From Vermamoeba vermiformis (lineage: Eukaryota), in NCBI GenBank assembly GCA_045837725.1, contig JBEWZL010000263.1, forward strand, positions 62,001 through 126,000: 64,000 nt of DNA, in the 5' to 3' direction. Numbering within the stretch: position 1 is the first letter of the stretch; every line of letters begins with the position of its first letter. The notes under the pieces were generated by a model, which worked only from the letters and a program-made list of their open reading frames with translations, was not told the DNA's origin and ran no database searches. Below, piece after piece: positions 11,390-25,478 of this stretch. A program made the translations under genes and the position numbers.

Positions 11390-14300
11390 CTATTTTGCAA
11401 CCTGTTTCTTCCATTCAGAGAACAACAAACTGAGAATGGCTTCAGTGGCACTCTTGGCGGTCGTGAACAGCGTGTTAGGAATGTTAGCCGAGCTATTGAC
11501 CGCATCTTCAATGTCATTCTTGATGAACGCTTCGAAGCCCAGCGGCATGGTGGCGATGTTCTCATCCGCGATGAAGGTGTTGAACAATCGTTGCGCCTCT
11601 TTGCGGATCTTGTCTTGCTCATTGGCGGGATCCAGCTTCTCGAATTCGAGCACTTCTTTGTAAAACAACAAGTTCTCAAAAGCAACCATCTGCATTAGGT
11701 AGGTTTGGAACTCTTTCATGAGCTCTTCATCTTCGAACAAGTCCATGAATTCCTTTTCGCTGCGCTTCTTCTTTTTCGGTTCGACCTTCGGTGTGTTCAG
11801 GCGACTAGCGCTGCCCGTGCTAACTTTGACCTTGGTATCTCGAAGTTTAATGCCCGGACCAGTGCGCTGTGGCTGTTGATCTTCACCCGCCGAAGCTGTC
11901 TTCTCTTTGCTGGCGTATTGTTGTGATAGAGCATTCAATCGCTGTTGTTCGATCGACGGCAAGTTCAACAGGTACGAGTGGACAGGTTCTACAACAGGGA
12001 TGTTGTAGTCCTCCGATTGGTATTTCAACAGTTCTGTGATCTTGGTGAACAACGACTCGCGTTTTTGGAAGTTAATAAGGCCCTCAGGTGCCTTGGTTGT
12101 AACTTCTTCGAGAGCTGAGAGCTCGGTTAAAGTGCGACCAATAAATGGAATAGCAGGCAGCTGGGATTTGGAAATCTCTTCCTTGTAGAAGGCAAAGCTC
12201 TGCGATGGATCGATGATTTTCTTCAATTCAGAGAACTCCTGCAGCGTAGCGTTAGCAGAATTTTGGCGGGTACAAATGGCACTTACTTGAGCCTTTTGAG
12301 GCGAGATTAAAGAAAAGCTCTTCTTGAGTTTAGCGACGGCCGTCATCATCAAACCACCAACGACTGCCATCAAAGCAGCAAAGTTGTTCAGTGTTCTCAA
12401 GTGCTGGACGTGTGGTTAGACAAGGTAAGTAATACGTTAGAAGACTTACTTCAGCAACAGCAATCCATTTCGAAATAGCTTTGGCACGATCAGCCACATC
12501 AGTGCGCGACAAAATGGTGCTGGCTACCCAAAGTGTTGTTTTGTTAGCGTTCTCGATGAGTCGCAAAACGTTCGGTGCCCGATATTTCTTCTCGTCTTTA
12601 TTCCAAGCCAAGTCCAGCAGTTCAATAGGCTTGACGAATATTCAGATCGTTTCAACACAAAGTGCTAAACTTACCTCGATAGATTTGAAGTACTGGAAGT
12701 CCAGAAGTGTGAGTTGTTGTGCAATAGTCTGCTCTGCTGTTCGATCAAGTAGATCGTAGGGTGACATAAATGGCTCCAATATGTGGAGCTGTGATCGTGT
12801 TTCGATTGAGTTCAACATCTGCTCGTAGGATCGCAGCGAGGTCTAAATAAACCGCGTTAATCGCGCTTTGAGCCAACAAGTCTGCATACCTTAGTCTCAA
12901 TTTCTTTCAGTATGGTGTTGGCGAGCTCTGGCGTTTCTTCCATTTCATCTGTAGCAAATGCCTTGATTCGTTTCAGCGTAACATCATCCAAATCTAAGAA
13001 GTAACTTTCCACCCAGTACTTAAGGAACGTAGCCGCACGAGTCTTGATTGTCTTTACTGCGTCAGCTTCCATAGACGATATTTTATCGGCAGGAACCTAG
13101 TAAAGCAGTTAACAGAGGTGAATTTCTTGTGGCAACATTCAACTTACTTTGTAGCGCTCGGTGACTTTGTCGAGCAACACGGAGGGCGAAGTAAAAGTGC
13201 GGTACGTCAGCAAGACTGTTCGCACAAAACGCTCGATGACAACTGTCAAATATTAATATCACGAGATATTCAGTAAGAATGAATAGACGTACCATTCTTA
13301 TCTGGTGTAGTGACTGTTTTGATGATTTGATTCAAGGAACCTACAGCCTTGCGCAGTGAGTTTGGACCATTGGAGTTTGGAACCATTAAATTGGCCCGAG
13401 ATGATGTCAATTGCAACGACCTCTCGGCTTCCATGTCGATTTCAAGAGGAGGGGCATTGTCTTCCCAAATGCTCTTGAGTTTCTAGAGCAAGAGTTAGTT
13501 ACATTGCCAAGCTCAATACAGACGTACTTGTTCAGTTTCAGCTGGTGCTGTCTCAACTGATTCGTTCTCGATCTCGAGTTCGTCGTTGTATCGAATGTAC
13601 TTTTTAGTCTCAGAAGTGCACAAGAGGGTTTTGATGGCGGTAACTGAGGCGTTGATGAGCGCGCACATTTGCAACAGAGAGGTGTCGTCGGCAATCATCT
13701 TCAAACTGCACATCAGTGACACCAATTGTGTGGTTAGCGATCGCAAGTTGGTAATGCCACTTGTTAGATAGAATTGCAAGCTAAAATTTTGTTAGAAAAT
13801 GAACTCAATTTTGTGCGGTTTCGGACTACCATTTTTCTACCAAGCGAGTGTTCTCTTTGAGTTCTGATGCAACTAATAGTCGTCTGTCAGGTTGACCCTT
13901 GCTTCCAGTCTCTTTCAGCATATCGCAGCACTGCTTGTACACGAGCTCGACGGCCATTGAAGCGTTGCGGCTAAGAGTAGGACCGAAGAAAGCCAAGATA
14001 TCACCGTAAGCTTTGAGCAGTGTGCTGGCACAAGTCTCGGCTACTGAGTGGCCGTCTGCAGCTTTGCCGTCCTCGCTACATATTTCTTCGTTCAGTTTCA
14101 CAGCAAACTCAATCAGAGTGGCAGAGAAGTTGAAGGCTGATATGGAGAATTTCGTGGACATGAGCGCTTCTTCATTGTTATTCAAAAGAGTCTGGATAGA
14201 GAAGCCACGGCGTTGAGATGCGCTGTAGAGTTTGAGCAACGGGAGTACATAAGGCTCTTGGCCAGCGATCTTCGTCACTTCTGCCAACTTTTCAACGATA

Positions 14301-15816
14301 AATAATGGGCTTGTTGATGCTTCTGTGGGCGCCAGCTCTACTGGAACTGGAGGGGCACTGGTACCATTAGTGGTGTTGCCGGTGGGTGTGCCGGGGTTAG
14401 CAATGCTGAACGACTTTGAAGGCGTCAATGGTCCAGGAGCCTATTATCATGTTATTTCGCTTGTTAAGCTAACAATTACTTCCACTAAAACTTACTCCGT
14501 TTGGCCCAAATGAGTTTCGCTTGTAACCAATCCAACCAGGCTGCTTGCCGCCCACTCTCGTAGGAGTACCTGCTTCTGGAGTTGATGTGCCAGGCGTGCT
14601 AGGTGTAGTGGGAGCAGTAGGAGGTCTATGGTAAATTAGTACATCACGCGCATGAAATTTCCGAGCTTACTTGACTTCTTCCTCTGGTTTCTTAGTTGGT
14701 GTTTCAGGTGCTTTTGTGGGGCTTGGTGTAGGCGTGGGTTTTGGCGGCTCAACGATAGTAGACGCGCTCTTGGGTTGAATATTCTCGACGATTGTTTTTA
14801 AGAGCTCGACGGACTTGTGCATCGCTTCCTGCAATTGACGTAGGTACTGATCTACTGGCCGAGCAAAGGCAACTTTGGCGATTAACATAACCGAAACCGT
14901 TGATTCTCTAAAATAGTTACAGATGTTAATGCCAAGTTATAGTGACGAGCGCGAATCAATAGCGCAGCATTTAAATGGCAATTTAATTTTTCGAAAGAAC
15001 GCAAATTGTACTTACTTGAGTTCTTCAGCATAATTGGCTAAATCAGGATTCTGTTTAACAGTTTGTACAAGCTCAGCGCAGTAGGTAGAAAGCGCCTTCA
15101 AGGTTGCGGATAGGGTCTCTTTGTTGTTCGTCTTGCAGCAATTTTCCAAAGATTGAAGTGAGGCAATAAATCGCTTGATTAGGGCTATATGCGTATTAAC
15201 CTTTGTATCGCCACTTTTTGATAAATTATTGGAGGGTTGGGTTGGCGGATTTACCACGAGCTTAACGGTTTGGGTTAATTTTTGTACCCAGTCGGCCACC
15301 GTCTTGCAAGAATTTTCTAGCCTTTGCTTCGTCATAAAATCGAATGGATTTGCTATCGATGTTTTGGCTGCTTGAATCGTCTCGGTAACTGCTTCTTCAA
15401 TTGCTTCGGCGATCCCCAATAATTTAGGCAGATAAATTTCAACAACTGCAGGCATGTTCTTCATTAAAGGCTCTTGCATTTGGTCTTGAATGAGAGTAAG
15501 GAGTTCTTTGACATGCTCTATAGCGACCTGGCTATCAGCTGAGAGATTTTCTTCGCCAGATGTTTGAGCCTTGTTGATCGTCGTTACAATCCTCCGCAAG
15601 TCTTGCATCATCGCCAGTGCAAGTTCGCGCACTCTGGCAGCGAACGCATATATAATCTCGCGTTCTTTACTGGGCAGCTCCATTGCGCTCGTTAGGCTGA
15701 CTGAAATAAATTAAATAAATTTTGGTGTTGGTACAACTGGCCGAAAATTTCATATTATTGATTTTGAACGTACCTTTGTACTTTACAGCTCTGGTCGGTC
15801 GTGGTTGGATGGACAT
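11390..15816 (-). CDS. RasGEF (REM + CDC25 domain) with N-terminal helical-bundle region and C-terminal RGS domain
   Basis: FLKYWVESYFLD (REM), RAPNVLRLIE, LNNFAALMAVVGGL and PAIPFIG (CDC25). RGS-like FQTYLMQMVAFENLLFYKEV...FNTFI. About 10 introns. Confidence 0.85.
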
Positions 15817-16051
15817 GACTATTTAGAAAGTATGCAGGTCCTACTTTCTCTGCGGGGTCGATCTGCTTTGATTGAAAAGCTACTTCAGGGTTGAGCAAAT
15901 TAGCACTTTGATGCTCGTTAGTTCTGCCAATGACTATTTACATCCACATACACGAAACTTTAGCTCGGTTAATAAAGTCTCGTCGAACCGCAGATTGCTA
16001 ACTGCACTTTTTAGCTGGCATAGGAGCACAACACTTCGTAGTACAAGTACA

Positions 16052-16464
16052 ATGGACCGTCGAGGAATAGATTCAAAGATTGAGGATGCCAAGGAAACTA
16101 TTGATGCCCTGTCTGAGATCTCGCATCTGTTAAACTGCGGATTAGACAAAGAAAGCTTATCAATAATTGTCAGGTAATTATTGCAATATTTCTAGCGAAT
16201 AAGTTTAAAATTTACGCGCTTCTATTCTTCACAATAATTATTTTTTGATTGGCGCCAATATTTTAATTTTTGACTGAACGTATTTGAAACCATTTATACT
16301 TACTTACAATCTTTTATAGTCTCATAGAACTTGGAATTAATCCTGACGCGTTAGCTGCAGCAGTCAAGGTTTGTAGTAACTAGATGGCACAACGTTGTGC
16401 TAACCTTTTCAACCAGGAATTGCAGAGGGAGTCAGCTGCGGTTAAATCCACTCAAAACATTTGA
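16052..16464 (+). CDS. MZT1: MOZART1 / gamma-tubulin complex regulator
   Basis: ETIDALSEISHLLNCGLDKESLSIIV|LIELGINPDALAAAVK|ELQRE, 3 exons. Confidence 0.92.
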
Positions 16465-16543
16465 TTGTTAATTGTTGTAAATAGAAGAGATGTAAATTAG
16501 ACTGATTTGAACTATTTACAGTGTTTTATTGCCGATCTGTCAC

Positions 16544-18156
16544 TTATTCATCGTCGTGCATTATATTTACAGGAGCGGCTATTTCTTGAATACCTTCAGC
16601 ACTCACTTTGAAGTAGAACTTGCTGTTTGTCACCTAAATATCGCTCATATTAATAACGCTTCCGAGGGAAGTACTCCACCAATAAAAATTAACGCACGTT
16701 ATGACTGGACGCCAGCAACTCGCCCCAATAATAATTTGTCGACTCGTCGCTAATGGTATTGAGGTTGTCTGACTCTAAGTTATGATTGTGCAAGAACAGC
16801 TGAGTGTTGGCAATGTGGGACCAAGCTTCACCGAGAGCTGGCTTGAGTTGATTGGGCTTGAACTTCTCCTTCTCATCGCCACCGCGCACAGTGAAGTTAG
16901 TTGTCTGCGGTGAATCACCCGATCGATTAGTATGTTGAAGTCGAAAATAGACAATGAAACTTACCAAAGCTGCCATTTGCGAGTATAACAGAATATTTTT
17001 TATTTGCCGGGAGATATCAACCATGAGATAGTGCCCTAAAGTATTTTTAGCCTCGGATAAATATCAAATAAACAGATCGACGCTAATTATACTCACCCAA
17101 GCTATTTTTGCTAATAACAGATGAAATTAAGGAGCCCAAGGAGTCTATTATCAGCAGCTTCGCTCGCGATACGAACTCGGAGTTATTGTTGGTGACCATG
17201 GACTTGATTTGATCGAGCACGTTCAATAACGAGAAGACATCGTGCACTTGGAACACGCGCAACTTATTGAGGACATCCGCCATCTTTTCTTTCTTCTCTT
17301 TCTCGTCCTGTTAAGAAATGTTACACTAAGAGTTACTCGGGGCAATATTACATACGGCAAACTGCTGCTTGGTGGCTTTGTACATCTGCAGCAGTCGAGC
17401 CGCAGAGAAGTTCCCTGTATCTATGTAAATCACCGTGCCGTTCGTCCTCCACGCCACATTCATTGCCGCATATAGACACAGCTGTTAAGGTGTTACTCCA
17501 AGCTCAAAAAGGCAATTACCACAGTTACCTGTGTCTTGCCAGAAGAAACGGGCCCGACCAATTCTGTCCACTCTCCGCTGTACAATCCCCCTCCCAACAA
17601 AGTGTCCAGGCTATTTTTGGTTAAGTCAGATGACGCGAAATCGTGGTTTAGATCCCGTACCTGTTGCACCCAGTACGAAGAATTGTCGATTGACTCATCA
17701 TTTGTTCATACAGATCCCACCCGGACAACTTTGGGGCGGCAAACATCTGATGCAGTGTTTTTAAAATAGCATTGTACTTCTATAAATCGTCGTTAGCCTG
17801 AAAGGAAATAAATAGGCAGGTGGATCGTACCTCCACGCCAAGAACTGAGGTGATCGCGGACTTGGTTTTGACAGAGCAAAATATGAAATCTTCAACTGTA
17901 AAATTTTAGTGATTAATTACGTGAAGTTATTGAAGGTGAAGTAAGGCCTATAAATAAACTCTTAGCGGAAAATAATTTATTAACGCGAATAAGTAAATAA
18001 TTGTTTCTTCTAAGAAATGGCGTACCACTGACTTCTATCAATACTACTACTCGATCGTTTAAATTTCCTACCTGTTTTTACTTCCAATAACTCCAAACTG
18101 TCCAAAACTTCTTTCGTAAGAAGATTTGGCAGCTGGATGCGAGAAAGAAGGGGCAT
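16544..18156 (-). CDS. RAD51D: RAD51 paralog, RAD51D-like
   Basis: Walker A GPVSSGKTQ, VIYIDTGNFSAARL, Walker B LLIIDS and KPALGEAWSH (RAD51D-type); multi-exon. Confidence 0.85.
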
Positions 18157-18512
18157 CGGGGTGGATTGATGTACAGAAGCAAGCTAGCAAGCTGGAGATG
18201 CTATTGTGGTGTAATAATCGTGGTTCTGTGGATAATACTCCGAACAACAGCCAATTTACCAAAACAAGACAAAATTTTTCTGAAGCGGAATTTAATTTTG
18301 TACTCGAGCGGACCAATTCAATTTGCTTGCCTGGATTAGCACGGACACCATATATAGGCAGAATGATAGTCGAGGATTTTCAGTAATAATACAAGGGGGT
18401 TTATTCTATTTTACAAGGATTTCGAGTGGTTTCGTTCTATTTTACAATCGCTAATGTACATTGGGTAATATCGCAAAAATGGAGGTTGATTATTTCACAA
18501 AACTGGTATCAT

Positions 18513-18821
18513 TTAAAATTCTTCTTCGGCTTCAGACTCGTAGGCGTCCATTTTGCCCACGTTCACAACGTCTTCGAAACCGTTTTTAATTTGTGAGCGG
18601 ATCTTCATAAACTCTTCGACTTCTTCTTCAGCTTCATCAGCGACGTCTTCGAAGTCGGAGTCATCGTACTCGACTTCACCAGAGTCCAATGATCGTTCGG
18701 AGTCCAAGACATTGTCGTCGTCAGAGTCATATTGGAAGTCGTCGTCGTCGTCGGGAATGGAAAGCGACAAGGCAGGATTGAAAGGCTTTCGCTTGATAGT
18801 GAAGGTAATAACTTGAGCCAT
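18513..18821 (-). CDS. Small acidic, probably disordered protein of unknown function
   Basis: Single 102-aa ORF with coding-like codon usage and an Asp/Glu-rich core. Confidence 0.65.
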   Translation of the reverse strand: MAQVITFTIKRKPFNPALSLSIPDDDDDFQYDSDDDNVLDSERSLDSGEVEYDDSDFEDVADEAEEEVEEFMKIRSQIKNGFEDVVNVGKMDAYESEAEEEF

Positions 18822-19076
18822 GGCTGGATTGTGTTTGGATTTATAAATTGAACAGAAGTTGTTCCGTCGTGTTGCTACTTATTTACAGTAAATTAGAATG
18901 AAAGAGGAAGAGCGTCCGGACAAGTTTTTATGCCTGAACCCACGTGACCGTTCTGATCGCGGAGATTATGTTTGTGAACAGGTATTTTTGGACCGGCGCT
19001 ATTTTTATAATTTTGCAAAAGTTTATTGGCTGGGAGGAACAATTTAAACCCTAATAAAAAAATACCTTTTCGCGAA

Positions 19077-20532
19077 TTATAACTTCGCTCCGAAGTAGCG
19101 CATAGTGCGATCGAATGCGGTTTGAGCAGACTTTGCGTCGTAAACTTCAGGACGATTATCGTTGCAGAACGCGTGATCAGCCTAGCATGTGTAATAATTT
19201 AGTAATGGATTCCGTGTCTATTAATAACGAACTGTCGGCTTAGTGCCGCATTAAATTTCTCCGTATAATATATTTTACTCACATCGTAGAAGTGCACCTC
19301 GAAGTTGTTGTGACCAGCGTCCTTGAGGCCTTGCTCGAACTTTTCAACCTTCTCCTTAGTGCACCAATCGTCCTTCAATGCGAAGTGTCCCAAAAAGGGT
19401 ACCTTGACATCCGCAGGATTGACGCTATCAGGGATACCGTAGAAAGGAACTCCAGCATCAACACCTAGACATAATTAGCATTAGTACCTATGATCGCGCT
19501 AAAGGATTTAGGGCAGGCTGGAGTGGAATACCATGTCCGCCATTTAAGGTTAAAATTGATAGTGTTCTCGTTACGGAATTACTTCCTATTCTCACGAGCA
19601 CACGGGCGATAATAGGAACATTTCACCGTCTTATTTTAGCTGTTAACAAAGCCAGAACGATCATTGCGGTACAAACTTACCGGTAACTTTAGCTAAAGTA
19701 GCGATGGTTAAAGCACCACCGAGACAGAATCCAGTCACGCCAACCTTCGGAGAGCCAGTCTGGGATGTATAAAATAGGTTAGATGGAATTACGAAATTGG
19801 GGATTATATTCTACGGGACGCTCCACATTGGCAATATAAGGAAATCGGGTTGGGGGTCTGGATCCTACTCCAACCAGTAAATTGTGATTCTTGAAAATCG
19901 TAGCTCGGCAAATATTATTAATGAAAAGTTATTGTATAAAAACCGATCTTAGATAAGGAGTTACTAAGGAGTTTACAACTCCTGTTGTGGGAATAGCCGC
20001 GGGGGTAAGCTAAAATAGAACTAACCTTTCGCAACCAATCGACGGCAGCTTGAAGATCTTGAAGAGCGTTTTGCCAGTCAAGAGATGTCATCAAGTCGTG
20101 TGCCTATTGTTTATTAGTACGTGGTTGACTGTCGGTTCGCGAACGGTAGATTTACCTCAGTAGCGTCCTTAGCAACTTTACCACGGTACAAGTCAGGAAC
20201 AACAGCACGGAAGCCTACAAATAATTATTGTTAAATTTATAACGCACATTTATTGATATTTTAAGAGGTACATACCAGCGGCAGCGAATCTGTCAGCAAT
20301 TTTTTTCATGTTGGCATTCAAACCCCACCTAATAAATTTGAAATTAAATAAAGTCATAAAATATTAATAATAAACGGAAATGCCATTATTTAATATTAAC
20401 TGGGCCAAAGAATTAATAATAATAAAAATAATACCATTCTTGGATAACAATAACGGCAGATTTGTTTGCCTCTCCGACAACATAAGCGGGAGTTTCCTTT
20501 CCGTCGCTGCGAGGAATAGTGCTGTTGGCCAT
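19077..20532 (-). CDS. Dienelactone hydrolase family (carboxymethylenebutenolidase-like)
   Basis: Seven exons give VIQEWWGLN, VVPDLYRG, nucleophile motif GVTGFCLGG, FYGIP and ADHAFCN. Confidence 0.92.
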
Positions 20533-20829
20533 GACGAGTGTTTGTTACAAAAGTTTTACGGTGAATAACAGAAGAACGTTGAGCGTAAAAGTCATTAATT
20601 GTCCGTAACCCCGCTTAAAGTGTCGATTGGTCATGCGAGCGAATCTTCTGGAACATTTATCGGCGTTACATGCATTGCCAGCAGAAGAAGAACCTTCCAC
20701 TGTACTGGAACAGACTAGTCTAGGCCGTTCTTCTCGAGAAAATATCGCGGGCTTTGTACGTAGCAGTTACATGTGATACCGTACATGAATATTAATTTAA
20801 TACTTTTGTTGTACAAGAAAAAGTGGCGA

Positions 20830-21612
20830 TTACATCTTCCAGACAGAATGGATTTGGACGTTAGACAAGTTCTCGCGTCCCTTCAAGTCTGCTAGTTCAA
20901 TCAAGCACATAAACTCAGCGACTACACCACCGGCCCTATTCAATTATGAAATTAGTCACGGTACGAGTAACTGGTTGCAAAGAATCGGATTCGCTTACAT
21001 TTCGACGAGTTTGCAACCAGCACCTGCAGTGCCTCCAGTAGCCTAAACATGATAGTGAGCATTAAACAATAGACAATATCGTCATAATAACGCACCAACA
21101 AGTCATCGTGTACCAACACCCTTTGGCCTTGCTTGATCGCATCAGCTTGAACTTCGATTTGGTCTTTGCCTATCGCCGTGATTAACGTCTAAAATCATAC
21201 CAAAATAAATTCTTACCATATTCCTTGCCATAATCGATTTTCAAGACGTTACCAGGGAGTTTTCCAGGTTTGCGAAGCGGTACAAATGGAACTCCGAGCT
21301 CCATAGCAAGAGGAATTCCAAAGAAATAACCCCTCGTCTCCAAACCAGCTACTGCATCGATTTTTTGACCTGAGATTGCTCGAGGTTAATTCTAAGACAA
21401 TTTAAATTTTTTAAAAACGTATAAAAATTCACTAATCGTCACCACCATATTAAATAGTTGTATATACCTTTGTATCGCTCCACTAAATTCTTGAGCACTG
21501 CCTGGCGAGCGTCAACGTTGGTTAACAGCGGATTAACATCGACGAAGTTAATTCCAGCCTTAGGGAAGTCAGGAATAACTCGCAACACTTTTTGAGCTTC
21601 AGATAAGTCCAT
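20830..21612 (-). CDS. APRT: Adenine phosphoribosyltransferase
   Basis: IPDFPKAGINFVD, GLETRGYFFG, RKPGKLPG, KEYG and PRPP motif VLVHDDLLATGGT; 5 exons. Confidence 0.95.
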
Positions 21613-21755
21613 AATATTATTGTATGGTGGTTGTTTGGTCTTTGGAATTGGTTACGAGTGAGCTTTGAAATTCTCACCGGTTATTTTTGTTTGTAGCTAA
21701 AGATAGAAGCAACCAAACACATAATCAATCGTGATGCGGAGGCGATCTTAAATGA

Positions 21756-24700
21756 ATGAATAAAAAACTATCAAAAGAACCGCTTTACAAGATCTCTCGG
21801 TGGTCTCAAATAAATGAAATCCTCTCCGAGGTAGGTCAATATCCTGCGATAATAATTTACTATCATCAAATAAATATTATACTATAATATCATTCAAAAT
21901 TATTGACGTAATGTTGCAACATTTTTAGACAGATGAGATCATTACAGCTGCTGACAGTTGCTTGCACTTCGTGGCAATTGGAACTAATAAGGGCACATTA
22001 TTAAGTAACTATTAATTACATATCAGTCATAATACAATCACACAATCTCATAGTATCTTTCAGTGACGGATCTGGAGGGAAATTTAATTGTTCGATTGCC
22101 CAAGTTCCATAAGCACGATCAACGTGCCGCAATTAATTCAATATTATATACACGGCAATTTAATAGTAACCGGTATGTATTAATGAACAATAATTCGAAT
22201 ATTCCGATCCGGTTGTGAGGTTCTGATCACATTTGTAGGTGGTCAAGATGGCTCAATAATCAATTACGATTGGCGTGCTGGACTGCGCGAGGTATATCAA
22301 GCCACTTCTATTCATGGTGAAGGTAAGGCATTGCAGCCGATTTGATTGGATCACGCACACGGACCTAACCAATACGGGTAGAAATCACATGGGTGGGTGC
22401 TGGAGAAGGTGAGCGCTATTGGGTCTCGAGCCACGGAGCAGTGATGAAGCGAGTCAGTGCATTGCTGGGCTGGACTTCACGTGTACTGTGGCGCGATGTT
22501 GCAGGCCAGTCTCCTGCAGCACTCTTCGCGGCTATTTGGAGTGGACAGCCCTTGCCGAAATCACAATCAACGATAGGGTACGGTGACACTGTGCTTGTTG
22601 GCATGACTAACTGATCGCTGGCAGTGACCTGTACGTGGTGGGCAAGTTAGTGTTGTTCAGCACGACACAAGGCGTGTTCGTGTACGACGATGCGCTGCAG
22701 TCCATAGTCGTGCAGTTCAAATGCAAGGACAGCACACAACGTATGTCGACGATTGCAATGCAGCGTTGATATTGATACTGGTGTTATATACAGGCTGTAG
22801 AATATACTTGAACGATCAACACTTCATCATCTACTCGACGAAAACTATTTACATTTGCAATCGCTTGTTCACTGAGTAAGTCCCGTGAAATATTACTACA
22901 TGGGTCTAATGATATCATGTCCCCAGTCCATTTAAACTGGAAATCATGCGCGTCCTGAAGACACAAGAAGAAATCATCTCGCTGTCCATCATTGGCAATC
23001 ACGTGAGTAGTGACTCCTTGGGGAGAATTCTGTGCTTATTAACTCATCGTCCCTACAGTTAGAGGTGATGCAAGTCCTACCTGTAGAAGCGAATGACGTG
23101 CGTGAAGAGATTAAACAACGCAGACAAATGCGCGTGACGTTGCGCCATAACGACTCGCTGCAAGATCTGCAGTGGCAACAGCACGTCGACCAAGTTTCTG
23201 ATGACTTGATTAATGAAGATTCCGATCAAGAGCACAACGGCGAAAATCACAATAATGAATCTACACGCAATGTTTGTGAAGAAGTAAAAGAGCCAGATCC
23301 AGTAATCCACATTGATGACACGCAGCCGTGTCACAGAATGGCGATTTGTTCTTATAACCTTGATGACCACATGCTCAACAACGACTTCTTCTATATTCCG
23401 CTGGAGAATTTCTTTCAAAAGTAAGTCTGAAAATATTGAATTACAATCTCATTGCGGAAGAATTCGCGAGTAAATATTTTTTATCACTAACTGTTTTGCC
23501 TTATTTAGGCATCACTTTATTACGTCGCTAGCGTGTTCTACAATAGATAATCCAGAAGCTTTCAACAAAATGGTACGTAAAATCTCCGCTTGATCTGCTC
23601 CAAAATTAACATTGCTAGACTGTAACTATGAACGTTTCTCCGAAGCGTGTTGTGAATCCAAATCAATTGTTGATAGTGTTTCAAAATGAAATTGTGTCCG
23701 TGGTGCCCTTCAAAACGAGCGAGAAAGTGCTGTGGCTTGTGCAACATCAACTTTTCCAACGTGCGCTGTACCTGTGCAAGCGAAGTAACCGCAAGAAAGA
23801 GCTGATTGAAGTTGCGAATCAATACGCCATTCACTTGTGGGACGAGAAGAAAGATCCTCAACGTGCTGTCGAAGTGTGGGCCGAGCACATCTTGCCGACC
23901 TCCCCGCCCTCAGTGTGGACCCTGTTCGCGAGTAAATTGAAACAGGTATGCACAATGTGCGATTAGTCAACGAGTAACTCGTGGTGTTTGCAGAGTAATC
24001 GGCTTGAGCTCATTGAGAAGTTTCTGCCCACGGTGTACAATGTCACGAACATTGACACGATCAATCACTTCAGATCCGACGACCACATCATGACACGAAG
24101 AGTCAATTCAACAGCTGTCAATCTTTTCAACCGCATGTGGATGTCTAACATCATGATTGCGCTCTTCGAGTACTACCTTGAGAAAAGGAAGTTCAAACAG
24201 ACGTTCAAACGGGTCTTGTTCTGGCCGCCCATCTACCCGCTCGATCATGTCATCAACGCCATTCAAATTCACTTGAAACTCGAAGTCGAGTCAGGCATCA
24301 AACAAGAAGACCTCGATGCTATACAGCCCCTTGACGCCCTCACATCTCATTCTCACGCACGACCCTCGCCCATCGAGTACGTATTAGGAATGTGTACTAG
24401 CCTTAATTAATCAGATTCACTTCTTATAGTTTGCACTCTCCCCGCTCACAGATATCTAATCTCGACGAAGGATTGCCTCGATTGTACATAGATTTTCCGC
24501 TAAATTTCGATGTAAGCCAATGCACTATGTCACGCAAGTACTAACGTCGCTGCTAGGAACATTTTGACAATTACGACTCCGTAATGAAGTTCAAGACGCT
24601 CAGTCTCAACAGCGAAGCACAAAATGTGCTGCCTAATATGGTCAGCAATCTGGGCGTGGAGATCGTGTCACCGCTAGGCAATGAGTTTGATTTCAACAGC

Positions 24701-25478
24701 CCCTCACCGAACATCAGCCTCACAATGACCTCGTCTGAAGAGGATTTCAAGCGCCTCACATCCAAGTCTTCGGCAAAGGACCACGAGCTCGCAGATGATA
24801 TCACACATCACGTGCACAGGAGTGAAAAAATGACGCCGAGCAAAGTGGTGAAAGACGAGCAAGTTGAAGGCAACGAAGAGGACAATGTGCGCTTCTTGTT
24901 CTTGGCCCTGTTCAAACTCCACGAGCTGAATGGCGACACATTGAGTGCCGCTAAAGTGCTCGTGCGAATGAGAAACAAATTTGCGGCACAATACTTCTCG
25001 GCGATGAATCTGTGGCCCTACTTCATTTCTTCGTACGTGCATGCTTCATATACAGATGTATACTAACGCCTAGTATTAGTGAGGAGAAGGAGGTCTATTA
25101 TCACTCGTCTGAAGACTCGCCCGATGAAGAAAATCTAGGCAAATCGCCACAACAGAAGATTGAGTCCTACAATGACAGAATAACGCTGCTCTCGGGCTCG
25201 CCGATGGACTTTCAATCGATGCATAACGTGCCTAGCAATCTTTCAGCCGAGCAAAAGCAATTGATTGTCGACATGTTGGACGTGGATCCACAGACAACGC
25301 TAACGAACCTAGCGTTGAGTCTTCGCTTTAACCGTCAGGTAGTTACAATAAGTGTTAATATTCGCCCCTTGCTAATATTGCGTAGGCCCACCAAAATGAG
25401 CTGTTCAAATTTGTAGTGAGCTTAGATCCAGCCAATGCACGTGTTATCGAAGAAGTGCTTAAACCGCAAAGCGATTAG
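21756..25478 (+). CDS. Divergent Vps41-like protein (WD40 N-terminus + helical region)
   Basis: N-terminal EPLYK...EILSE...FVAIGTNKGTL and KVLWLVQHQLFQRAL resemble Vps41. Many small exons; boundaries approximate. Confidence 0.55.
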
